DNA of 42,654 bases from Trypethelium eluteriae (taxonomy: Eukaryota), in the NCBI GenBank assembly GCA_051942245.1, contig JAVECL010000149.1, forward strand, positions 1-42,654. The letters are read 5' to 3'. The stretch's first letter is position 1. Every line of letters starts with the position of its first letter. Position numbers and translations under genes: made by a program. The notes under the pieces are model-generated. The model did no database searches, was not told where the DNA came from, and was given only the letters and a program-made list of their open reading frames with translations. Shown here piece by piece: positions 31,980 through 42,654 of the stretch.

Positions 31980-33097
31980 ATGTATCGGAATATTCTTCTC
32001 TCCTGCGCGCTGTTTGCCGACGTACTCTCAGCACATCCTTTAGAAAAGAAAGCCGTCCCTGCTCTAAGTCAAAATGACACCAATACCCTGCAGTTAGCTC
32101 ATTATTTAGAGCTGCTCGAGCTTAATCTCTACACTGGGGGATGCAACAACTTCACGGATGCTCAATATACGTCCGCGGGCTTCCCGGCTGGTTTCAGGGA
32201 GAACGTTTGTGTGATTGCTGGTGTAGGTCACTCTCGTTTCAACTAGCCAACCTATCGCGAAGCTAACATCGCCAATAGCATGAGCAAGTGCATGCTGATA
32301 CTATTGCATCGATACTGGAGGCGAACGGCGTTGCTCCACTGCCGGCTTGCACATATGCCTTCCCTCAATCTGTAGACCCGAAGAGCTTTGTTTCTCTTGC
32401 AAATATGATCACGACGTAAGCTTATCAACCCAGTTGCCGCAAATCAAAGCTGAACTTCAAAGTGTGGGAATCGGAGCTTACCTCGGCGGCTCTGAACTTC
32501 TGGCCGACAATCCCACATTGGAAGAAGCCTCCGCCTCAATCCTTACGGTAGAGGCTCGCCATGATTCATACGTAAGCACTCCTCCGTCTCTTTCAGCATC
32601 ATTCAAAGACCATGTTACTGATGCTATTGCAGCTTCGAGCTGGCATTGGCGCTTCCCCATTCCCCACGAACTTTGACACCGGCCTCTCCGCCACCTGGGC
32701 CTTCAATCTTGCCCAGATGTTCATCGTCTCATGTCCCCAACAGCTACCTCTCACTACACTCCCCAAGCTTAACCTCGTCTCTCCAACCCCACCTCAAAAT
32801 CTCCAGCCCCCCGTCCCCGCTGGTACTGTCGTTACCTTTTCCTGGGATCCCTCCACATTCTTCGTACCCGTTGCGCCAGGCACACAGCTCTATATTGCAA
32901 TGGTAAATCAGAACGTGAGTGCGCCAATCTTCCAGCCGGTGACGAGTACGGGAACAGGTCAGGGCACAGTGGAGGTGCCAGATGGCGTGAATGGGACGGC
33001 ATTCGCGGCTCTGACGACTTTTTCGGGAGGACTGGATCTAGATCAATTGACGCAGTTTGGGACTTTGGCAGGCCCGGCCGAAGTGGTGCTTTCGTGA
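31980..33097 (+). CDS. Secreted ferritin-like domain (Ferritin_2, Rds1-type stress) protein; exons 31980-32222, 32279-32415, 32463-32571, 32633-33097
   Basis: Signal-peptide-like N-terminus and KK site, DTNTLQLAHYLELLELNLY, HEQVH, CTYAFP..FVSLA, VGIGAYLG..ASILTVEARH, A.MFIVSCP and a C-terminal AGPA. Three canonical introns keep the frame. Confidence 0.87.
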
Positions 33098-34319
33098 TTG
33101 AATGATGATGGCGATAATGAGATCTAAAGGAAACGAAGAGATGTTGTGTTCTAGTCACATGACTAATTAAAGAAGAATTAAAACGTAATGCTCGAGCAAA
33201 TAACCAAAAATTGATCATTTGACGTTTTATTATCGGTCTGAGCGCCTAGTCAACTCACGATACACTCAATGGCAAAAAGCCATCAACAAGTAGCTTCTTT
33301 TAATCAGCTTCCAACGCATTGCGCAGTTGTGTATTCAGACTGTCACCGTATGTGGAGCTTTTGGTTGAGAGAATAGGGTGAGATTTTTGGGTTGCCGGCT
33401 GGGAATGAAGAAAGGAAGAAAGGATACCTAGTTAAATGCCTGTCATGTGGAGTCCGGCACGAACTAATAAATGTCTCCGCTGATCGATTGTCAAGTCACC
33501 AGGGGGGTGTAATGAGGAGTATCGTTGTCAGAGTACATGAGGCGGCTAGTGTCTTGACCTCCTACGTTTACTTCGGTGGGTTTTAGGGGTCCCTCGTTAA
33601 TTCTTCTCCAAATTTAAGCAGAAGAGTCCATTATAATATTGAGAAAGAGACCCGTAGGAAATCTGCTAGATACCCTCTTTCAGCTTAATTCGATCTGGGA
33701 GGCCCCTAGCAATATTGAGCCTAGTATGCCCCATCGACATGTCTTAATGCATCCACTAGTGGAGTGCATCCGTGGCTGACTTGCACACAAGGGAACAGTT
33801 GAAGAGGTGAACTCGGATGGACCTCACCGACAAGAACATCCGCACACTTCTGATTGATTTGGCTTTTTGCTAGAAGGCAAACCGACGCCTCATTTACACG
33901 TATCTGTCTACGCAAGGGTCTTAGTCTATATTCGAGATTTTCTTCGATTCAGACCGAATATTGCACAAGTCACTGATAATGATGTTCGAGAAGCTGAAAA
34001 GAAGTGTCGGAACGAAGTAGAGAGCCAAATGTCAATCTTGGGTAGCCGTAGAGTGCGGAACAAATGGAAGGGCCCAGTAATTTGCAAGACTATTTGTGCT
34101 TCAACTACTTCAGGCTAGGCGTACCGCAGTTTCGGGGATATTTCAGTCATTAGAGATGTAAAATAACGACTAGATTCTGGCGAATGAAAAAGATGAACAA
34201 AGTCTTGGTAAAGGTTCTGTCGTAAGAAGAGCTAAAAATACTGAACTTTGTGCTAGCTGCATCGGCTCTTCTCACCGCCTGATGCACTGAGCATAATTCT
34301 GCCACAACCAAGCGTTCGC

Positions 34320-34326
34320 TGACTCA
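34320..34326 (+). promoter_or_regulatory. Putative Gcn4/CpcA (cross-pathway control) site
   Basis: Perfect TGACTCA about 90 bp upstream of the IleRS ATG. Aminoacyl-tRNA synthetase genes are known general-control targets. Confidence 0.5.
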
Positions 34327-34414
34327 ATTTTGTGTCTTGCTCAAGCAGGCACAAGACCCCACCAAGCCTTTGAGCAAAGGTCTCTTCCAGCGATCCTCCG
34401 ACAGCGATACGGCC

Positions 34415-37400
34415 ATGTCTATTGATTTTCCCAAGGAAGAAGAGGCAGTCCTCAAACGCTGGCGCGAAATTGATGCTTTTCAGCGGCAGCTTCAGCTGTC
34501 CAAGGGCAGAAAACCGTATACGTTCTACGATGGACCTCCTTTTGCTACAGGCCTGCCCCACTATGGACATCTTCTGGCGTCAACAATCAAGGACATCATT
34601 CCCCGATATTGGTCAATGTGAGTGGAGCCGATTCGCCCGTGTAGCAAAGCGCTGAACGGTCTCAAAGGAAAGGTCACTATGTCGAGGTATGCCGAACGCA
34701 CCAGAAGTGAACATTGAACGACCGCTGATTTTCCGAAGAGACGCTTTGGTTGGGATACACATGGATTACCCATAGAATATGAAATCGACAAGAAACTTGG
34801 AATGTCTGGCAGTGACGCAGTCAGGGAAATCGGACTTGAAAGTTACAACGCCGAGTGCAAGGCAATTGTCATGAGATTTGCAGTAGAGTGGCGTGAGACT
34901 ATCGATAGACTCGGACGCTGGATTGACTTCGACAATGATTACAAGACCATGAATGCAAGTTTCATGGAGTCTGTATGGTGGGTTTTTAAGCAACTCTTTG
35001 AGAAGGACAAGGTATATACAATATGTCACCATTCTCTCGACACGGCTCAACAGAACTACAGGTATACCGAGGTTACCGTGTCATGCCTTATTCCACTGCT
35101 CTGAATACGCCACTCTCTCAGCACGAAGCTCAGCAGAACTACAAAGATACCCAGGATCCTGCTATCGTTGTTTCTTTTCCGTTGCTTGACGATCCCCAAA
35201 CCTGTCTCCTAGCCTGGACTACGACCCCTTGGACTCTTCCCTCGAATCTCGCGCTTGCTGCGAATCCCGATTTTGAGTACATCAAGCTCCATGATGACGG
35301 TTCCGGCAAGAACTATATCCTTTTGGAAAGTCTTCTGAAGACTTTGTACAAAGACCCGAAAAAGGCCAAGTTCAAGATCGTCGAGCGTTTCACCGGCAAA
35401 GACATGCTTGGTTGGCGCTACGAACCTCTGTTTAATTACTTCTATGAAGAGTTCAAGGACATGGGATTCCGTGTCGTAAACGCCGCCTACGTTTCTTCCG
35501 AAAGTGGAGTTGGTATAGTCCATCAATCACCTGCTTTCGGTGAGGACGACTACCAAGTAGCGATGAAAGCGGGTGTCATTACTGAAAAGCGATTACCACC
35601 GAACCCCGTAGATGAGAAGGGTAACTTCACCTCAGAAGTTCCAGACTTTGAGGGACAGCACGTGAAAGCAGCAGACAGGGCAATCATCAAACACCTTAAA
35701 AATGCTGGACGGTTGATAGTCGACAGCCAGATAATGCACAGCTATCCCTTCTGTTGGAGATCGGACACACCTCTCATTTACCGTGCAGTGCCTGCTTGGT
35801 TTGTCAAGGTTACTGAGGCTGTTCCCCAAATGCTCGAAAGCATTGGACAATCCCATTGGGTACCCGTCTTTATTAAGGAGAAGCGGTTTGCAAACTGGAT
35901 TGCCAATGCGCGAGACTGGAATATTAGTCGAAATCGGTATTGGGGAACCCCAATCCCTCTTTGGGTCAGTAGCGACCTTAAGGAAATAGTTTGCGTCGGA
36001 AGCATAGAGGAGCTGAAGAAGCTAAGCGGCGTCCAACACGATATTACCGACATACATAGGGACAAAGTTGATAATATTACCATTCCAAGCAAAGAAGGCA
36101 GGGGTGACTTGAGACGCATTGACGAAGTATTCGATTGCTGGTTTGAGTCAGGGAGCATGCCTTATGCCAGCCAACACTACCCCTTCGAGAATGCAGAGCA
36201 GTTCCTTGAGAAATTTCCTGGAGACTTCATTGCTGAAGGTGTCGATCAAACTCGGGGCTGGTTCTACACTCTTTGCGTGCTAGGAATACATCTCTTTGGT
36301 CACATCCCCTTCAAGAACTGCGTAGTCAATGGCATAGTTCTCAGTTCTGATGGAAAGAAGATGTCAAAAAGGCAAGTAAATTTTTTTGGGCGTATATCAT
36401 TCGCATCTGACAAATCTTAGGCTAAAGAATTATCCCGATCCAAACTTGGTCATGGAGAAATATGGCTCGGATGCTCTACGTCTCTACATGATTAACTCGC
36501 CGGTTGTGCGAGGTGAAGAGCTGAGGTTCAAGGAAGAAGGGGTCCGGGAAATCGTCTCGAAAGTCTTACTACCCTTGTGGAACTCATATATGTTCTTTCA
36601 GCAGCAGGTCGATCTTCTCAAGAAGGTTGAAAATGTATCCTTTTTCTTTGACCCAAAGATGGAATCTTCGAATTCGAATTTAATGGACCGCTGGATTCTG
36701 GCTTCTTGCCAGTCTCTCCTCACTTTTGTCAACGAAGAAATGGCTGGTTACCGACTGTGAGCGATCCCGTCTGCTTTAAAAAAAACTGTGCTAAGAACTC
36801 CAGATACACTGTCACCCCTAGACTACTAGGACTGCTTGGTAAGAAGTGAAAGGCTCTTAATTATACGAAGATCTGCTAACGAAAGAAGACTCCGTCACCA
36901 ACTGGTACATTCGTTCCAACCGAGGTCGACTCAAAGGAGAAAATGGTACAGAAGACACCTTAAAAGCCCTCAATACACTATTCGACGTGATTTTTACTCT
37001 AGTCCGCGGCCTTGCCCCTTTCACACCCTTCATCACCGATAATATTTACCTTCGACTGTTGCCTTATATTCGAAAAGAGTTGCAAGCCGAAGACCCTCGA
37101 TCAGTCCATTTCCTTACGTTTCCAGAAGTGCGTACCGAGCTGTTTGATGAGGTTATCGAGCGACGCGTTGGTCGTATGCAGCGCGTTATCGAGTTGGGCC
37201 GTGTTTCGCGAGAAAGACGCACGATTGGCCTTAAAACACCACTAAAGTCGCTCATTGTTATCCATCCTGATGCTCAATACCTTGAAGACGTCCGAGGTTT
37301 AGAGTCTGAGATTTGTAGGGAGCTCAATATAAGAGACCTGATCACGAGCAGTGACGAGGTGAAATACAACGTGCAATATTCTGTCGCCGTCGACTTCCCA

Positions 37401-37952
37401 ACGCTCGGGAAAAAGTTCAAGAAAGATGCACAGAAGGTTAAAAAGGCATTGCCAAATCTCAGCAGCGATCAGATCAAGGAGTTCTTGGAAACTGGACAAA
37501 TGACTGTTGAGAACTGCAGCCTATCCAGAGAGGATCTAAGGGTGAAACGTGGCCTTAAGGAGGACGAATCAAGCAAGGACCTTGAGACTAATACCGATGA
37601 TGACGTTCTCACCATTCTAGACGCGAAGATGTACCCCGAACTCGAGCAAGAGGGTCTGGCGAGAGAAATCCTCAATCGTGTCAATAGACTCCGAAAGAAG
37701 GCCGGGCTCGTGCCCACCGATGATGTGAAGATGGAGTACAAAATTCTCAAAGACCCTGACAACGTTGGGCTAGAGCGAGTCTTCGAGGATCAGGCAGACG
37801 TACTTCAGAAGGCTCTTAGGAGGCCCCTTGATAAGCATGTCTCTACGGAAGTGGCTGGCCAAGTGCCGAATGGGATGGTAGACGTCGTAATCAAAGAAGA
37901 AGAGCAAGAAATCCAAAATGCAACGTTCCTCTTAAGATTGGTGAAACTCTAG
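34415..37952 (+). CDS. ILS1: Cytoplasmic isoleucyl-tRNA synthetase; exons 34415-34617, 34668-34686, 34739-35011, 35062-36371, 36421-36756, 36804-36838, 36889-37952
   Basis: [76 protein letters not shown] and GSDALRLY. Confidence 0.97.
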
Positions 37953-38141
37953 AGGGAAGGGGTCTATGTTGCAAGGCACGAGAAATGATTACTGTGTATG
38001 CGAAAAATGAACGATTGTCGAAAGACTGCATCAAGTGTGGATAGAATTACTTCGACAGATAGAGACTCCATATGAAAGCGCCGGTCTAATGCTGGTAATT
38101 GGATGAGGATCTATCTAAACATTTGGGTTCCCGTCTGAATA

Positions 38142-38435
38142 CTATTTTTTCTTGAGAGCAGCCTGGGAGGAGTTTAGTGACTGTCAATTGAATACTTGGA
38201 CACCAGGCTGCGGCGAGAGATACCATGTAGCATTCCTTCAATTTCAAGAAGTCGTCGATGCACTTGTCTTTTTTAACATTGTTGAAGTCTGCGGCAATAC
38301 ATTTACCGTAGGCCGCACTCTGCAAATCCGTAAGCCGCCGAGATGGGTAAAGATGGGGTTCGGAAGTACCTGACTCGAACACTGGGCAACAGCTCGTGCA
38401 AATTTTTCGATTGGTCGTGCTCTCGCCGTCGACAT
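38142..38435 (-). CDS. Small twin-CX9C mitochondrial protein, NDUFAF8-like; exons 38435-38370, 38319-38224, 38162-38142
   Basis: Spliced 60-aa product MSTARARPIEKFARAVAQCSSQSAAYGKCIAADFNNVKKDKCIDDFLKLKECYMAALKKK has two CX9C motifs. Confidence 0.8.
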
Positions 38436-38736
38436 ATCTGAGGAAAGCTGATAGATGGAACGATTCCGTCATGGACGTGGGACTCCTTCGAAGTGTTTTT
38501 ACGCACGGGCCATCAATTCCGCGAAGTCGCGTGGCGCCAAATTCACGTCGAGAAAACAAAGCGCATCTCTACTATACTTCACTCGATTCCTGACCACCCA
38601 CATTGCTCTTGCTTTGCTCCTTTCGTAATGTCTATGTGCCTTTTGGGCCTCTCTTGTTCTCTGCCTTATTATCAAATCATTCCCACTACGTTGCTGTCCT
38701 TATGGTCGACAGGCGCATCCGGCAGCGTCCCTTCGA

Positions 38737-41700
38737 ATGCCCGATTCTACCTATAGTAATGAATTGCCTCCCCTCAGTAACGAAAGTACGTCGCTGTATT
38801 ATATCTAGACTCTTCAATTATAGCAGCTGATTAAGCTACGATTAGATGTCAGAATTCTATACCTCATTGTTGACGCGGCGCAAAACTCGCCTGACCCACC
38901 GCTTCGCGCCTTGTTCGCAGCATATGATCGCGTCCTTTCCGATAATGGCATTGAGCCCGACCATGACCAGATATACTTCCGCTTTCTGCTGCGTATGCGA
39001 GAGCAAGATGCTAACAATGGAGACCTACTCGAACGCTTCAAGGCCTTGCTGGCAAGGATGGGCATTCAGATCGAGGTTGCTCCGGAAGGGGAGGCAGTCG
39101 AAGAGGTTGCGCGACCCTACGAGCACGACGATGAATCAGATGACGCGCAGGATACCAGCCCTCTGCCAGACGTCAAACCGAGACAGGCAAAGAGACCTAC
39201 TCGCCGCGTATCATTCAACGATAGTAATTATGAGAACACAATGCGAAGCCAACTCGGCACGGATCTACCAACGCAGCGATCGTACACGCAGTCATCAGTG
39301 CAAGCAGGACCATCTCAGGACCCGAAAATCTCGAAAACAGATTATCAGACGTCAGGAACGCCACAACCTCCTGGTCGCCCAAGACTACTACAACAACTTC
39401 CTTCCCGACGCCGGATGAAAATCGCCGAGGCGCAAGGCATGAATACCCCTAATCAACCTGCAAATCGCTCTCGTTCGTTCCAAGAAAATGGGAAAACTAC
39501 TGCTGTCCAAAATCGGCAGCCCTCTCAAAAGCATGGCCGGTCAGCCTCGCTGTCTTCCATAGATGCACATGGATCTCACAGATCAGGATATTCCTCTGAT
39601 ACATCCCGTGGTGATCAAGATTTCGAAGACACTGGAAGAGAACGTCCAAAATACATATATCATCCGTCAGACACTCGAATGTTGTCCGATGCTGAAATAC
39701 TCCAAGCGCATTCCAGATCCGTCTTCGTGCGCAAAATGCTCCGCCGATGGCGCAATACGGCTCGCGAACTCCATGGCAAATACGAAGGTATGGGAAATGA
39801 GGCGACAGCATTTGATAGAAATATCTTACTGCGCCAAGGCTTTGATCAGTGGCGGAGTACACTTGAAGACAAACGGCAGGAAGCAGAAACGGAAAGATTT
39901 TTTGCTCATCTTGAAAAGCGGGCAGGAAAGGCGCGCAACCTGTTCTTGCTAACAAAGGCATTTACCCATTGGGCACAATGCGCATCTGAGGAGGTAGTCA
40001 GAACTTCAGCTGCACGTAGACATATGTTGCGGACCAGATACTTCAATGCCTGGAAAGACATCACTGTCGTCAACGAGTTGAAAGTGCGCCGTCAGGGTCT
40101 GCGAAAATTCATGAGCATTTGGCGGCAGCACACGGCACGAGCATTGAACAATGAGGAGCTTGCAGTCGCATGGTATGAAGAGCGCCTTGTCAATCGTATA
40201 GGCTGGCACTGGTGGCGTCTTTTGCTGGATCGTATCGCCCCAGAGTTGCACGTACGGTTTATCAAGCGACGATTCTTCTACAAATGGCGAGCTCTTACAC
40301 AAGAAAGGCACCGCCGAGAAAAACAAGCCCAAGCCAGTTACCAGCAATCTCTACAGAGGAAGGGACTGTTGTGGTGGAAGGTTCGTGTGCAGAAGCTCCA
40401 GCATAATGCTTCCGTCGCGTCTCAAGCCTACGAGAGAACCCTGGCCATTGGCAGTCTAGCTACACTACGCAAACAAGTGCACCTTGTGCCACTTGTATCG
40501 CAGACAAATCAGAAAGTCGACAGCCGAGTTGCTAAGACAGCTCTATCTTTATGGCACACCCGGATGACACGTCTTCAGCAAGCAGCAAGTATCTCGCAGC
40601 AACGCATTCTGCGCAATGTCTGGACTCAGTGGAATGATCGCTTGCGCTGCAATGCCCTTGGCCGGATTCTGGACGATCATGCTCTCATGTATACTATGCT
40701 TCGTTGGATGCTAGCCGAGCGCTGTGCGCTCTTCCAGCGCCTGGCGAGGATCAACATGTGTCGCTTGTTGTTCACCAAATGGAGGTCGAAAGCAATCGAT
40801 TACTCTAGCCGCCTTGAGTCGGCGCACAGAGCGGTCCAACAGCGCCGGATGAAGAGACTCATCACGTCTACTTTGATGAAGTGGCGTGGCGAAACCCGAC
40901 GCGCACAGGATCTAGAGCAGCAGGCATTGGCAGTATCAAGATCACGAGCCTTCGAAAAAATCTTCCCTACTTGGCGTGAGAAGCTTCAGAAAGTCCACAC
41001 GCTCTCAAGGATGTGCGATTCTGCACGTTTCTATGTCTTGGCCAAATCTTCGATCACGCGTTGGCGCTCTGCAACATCCAACATGAAGCGCATGCGCAGA
41101 AGAGAAGCCTACTCTACTGTTCGACGGCAATCAAAGGTCAATACCGCCAGAAGATTCTTCAGAGACTGGCAGAGTAAGGCGTCAGACTTGAGACAGTGGC
41201 AGATCCAAGCAGACGAGAGACATCGCGATAGTCTTGTCCGTGTCGCGCGGAAGAAGATCGAAGGCTGGCGAAGTGAAACGTCAAGAATTGAGCAGATAGC
41301 AATGCAGGCTCAACAAGTAAGATCCGCAAAGCGCCTTGCACTGGCTCTTAGCGAGTGGAAGAGTAAAATGCAGAGACTGGAGGAGATGGAAATCAATTCC
41401 AAGGCATTTCGCGCGGATGCTGTGGACGCATCTGCAGCTGTTGTGCTCAAAAAATGGGGTTGGAAGATCTTTGAGGTTCGCAGGATAGAAGAAAGCGGAA
41501 AGGCACTCTGGGCGAGGAACGAGGAGAGGCGAAGAAGAGGCATGCTACGATACTGGGCAGAGCGTGCACTAGCGAAGCGTGGCTATAATCCCGACACTTA
41601 TGTTGAAGAAGCGTCGAGAAGGCAAGATGAAGACCGCAATCCAGACGCCGGGGTCTCCAATCTCTTCCGCAGTCTGCGTCTCGGCAGCTCTGCAATCCAC

Positions 41701-42255
41701 CATCTGCAACCGCAACCTGGCCCCCTCTCAACCTCCCTCATTGACACAACCGGCCAACCCGTGGCCCCGCTGGTCCCTGCCTCTGCGACCGATCACGCGG
41801 AAAACTGGACAGCGTTCGACGACGACAACAATCTCCGCCTGTCGCGCTTCATGCCCAACCCCAATCCAGACGACCAGCCCCAACCACATCCCGCACAACC
41901 AGTCGCCACACCCATTCCCGGCTATCTTCGCAGTCCATCCAAACGCACTGCACGCTCTCGCGCACGTTTCCGCAGCGCCTTTGGTAGTGCAGGTCCTGCA
42001 ATGACGAGCCATACCCCAGCGGGGACACCCCGGCCGTTCACGGTACCGCCCGAGACGCCTGTGGGACGAGGGATAGCGGAGACGATGCCGGCTGTGAGAG
42101 GAGAGCGGCGAGGAGTGACTCCTTTTGCGAACAAGTTAAGGGGAATGTATTCTGAGAGTCGCATCCCGAGGCTGGTGAGAGAAGAGAGGGAGGAAGGGGA
42201 GGCTGGGGCGGACAGAAAAGGGTTTGAGGATATTCCCGAGGACGGGGCAGCGTAG
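38737..42255 (+). CDS. SFI1: Spindle pole body protein Sfi1 (centrin-binding repeats); exons 38737-38785 and 38846-42255
   Basis: N-terminal ALFAAYDRVL..GIEPDHD block, LLTKAFTHW, and many periodic L..F..W repeats across ~600 aa. Intron GTACGT..GCTGAT..TTAG keeps the frame. Confidence 0.88.
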
Positions 42256-42544
42256 CGGAGAAGCTCGCGGTATCAACGGTCTTGTGGGTTGGAGAGCTAT
42301 GGATTGGACATGTTGGGATTTTTTGCCTGTCGAATAAGGCTGTCATTTTGCATCTGCTGGACGTTTGCATTGGGTTTGGTGGTGTACATAGTCTCGCGAA
42401 CGATATCCACTGAGCGCGGTGTTGGGGCTCATGTTATGCTAGTACTTGGGTACTTTATGGAGGAAAATGATGCTTGACGAATCGAAATTCGATGACATTG
42501 GACTTTGCAGAATATTACAATACCGCGGGAACGACGAGCACCAT

Positions 42545-42654
42545 CTAATCTACATCATCCTCCTGTGCATCGTCCTTTCCATCGTCGTCTCCGCCACTCT
42601 CCTCATCCCCACCTTCCTCATCCCCGCCCTCTTCATCCCCACCCTCTTCACCCC
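42545..42654 (-). CDS. 3' end of a gene entering from beyond the window; acidic tail built on a 15-bp (GDEEG) repeat
   Basis: The minus strand reads ..GEEGGDEEGGDEEGGDEESGGDDDGKDDAQEDDVD* with the stop at 42547-42545. Confidence 0.55.
   Translation of the reverse strand, partial: GEEGGDEEGGDEEGGDEESGGDDDGKDDAQEDDVD

Noticed and set aside
34337..34414. Non-AUG N-terminal extension of IleRS for dual targeting
   Set aside because: The open upstream frame is short, contains acidic residues and does not resemble a mitochondrial presequence.

Overview
Eukaryotic DNA from a filamentous ascomycete (Pezizomycotina): short GT-AG introns with CTRAC/CTAAY branch sites, and RIP-type transposon decay. 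1-10.2 kb is an accessory, decaying zone. It holds the end of one pogo-like element, a RIP-mutated Fot1/pogo DDE transposon (375-2524, TA target duplication) inserted into exon 1 of an otherwise intact O-methyltransferase, relics of a Goodbye-NACHT (NLR-like) gene and a TAP-like alpha/beta hydrolase, an intact HNH endonuclease gene, a stray copy of part of the O-methyltransferase, and 17-bp and 19-bp repeat arrays (the latter a fold-back). 10.2-19.3 kb is a compact core block: class II cAMP phosphodiesterase, eEF1B-gamma with an intronic snR38-like C/D snoRNA, MRPS9, N2227/CARNMT1-like methyltransferase, PAC4-like chaperone and con-6. 20.2-28.9 kb is a second accessory patch with a ~2000-aa ZNFX1-like gene (CCCH, SF1 helicase, NF-X1, RING-like, RZ finger) split by a 1-nt frameshift, plus gene debris. 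28.9 kb to the end holds a sulfotransferase-like P-loop protein, a secreted ferritin-like (Rds1-type) protein, cytosolic IleRS (with a GC-AG intron in KMSKR), a twin-CX9C protein, Sfi1 and the acidic tail of a further gene. All gene models and alignments were made by eye; no database searches were run. The best 'system' candidates are the immunity-flavoured genes (ZNFX1-like, NLR relic, HNH nuclease), but any functional link between them is inference only.
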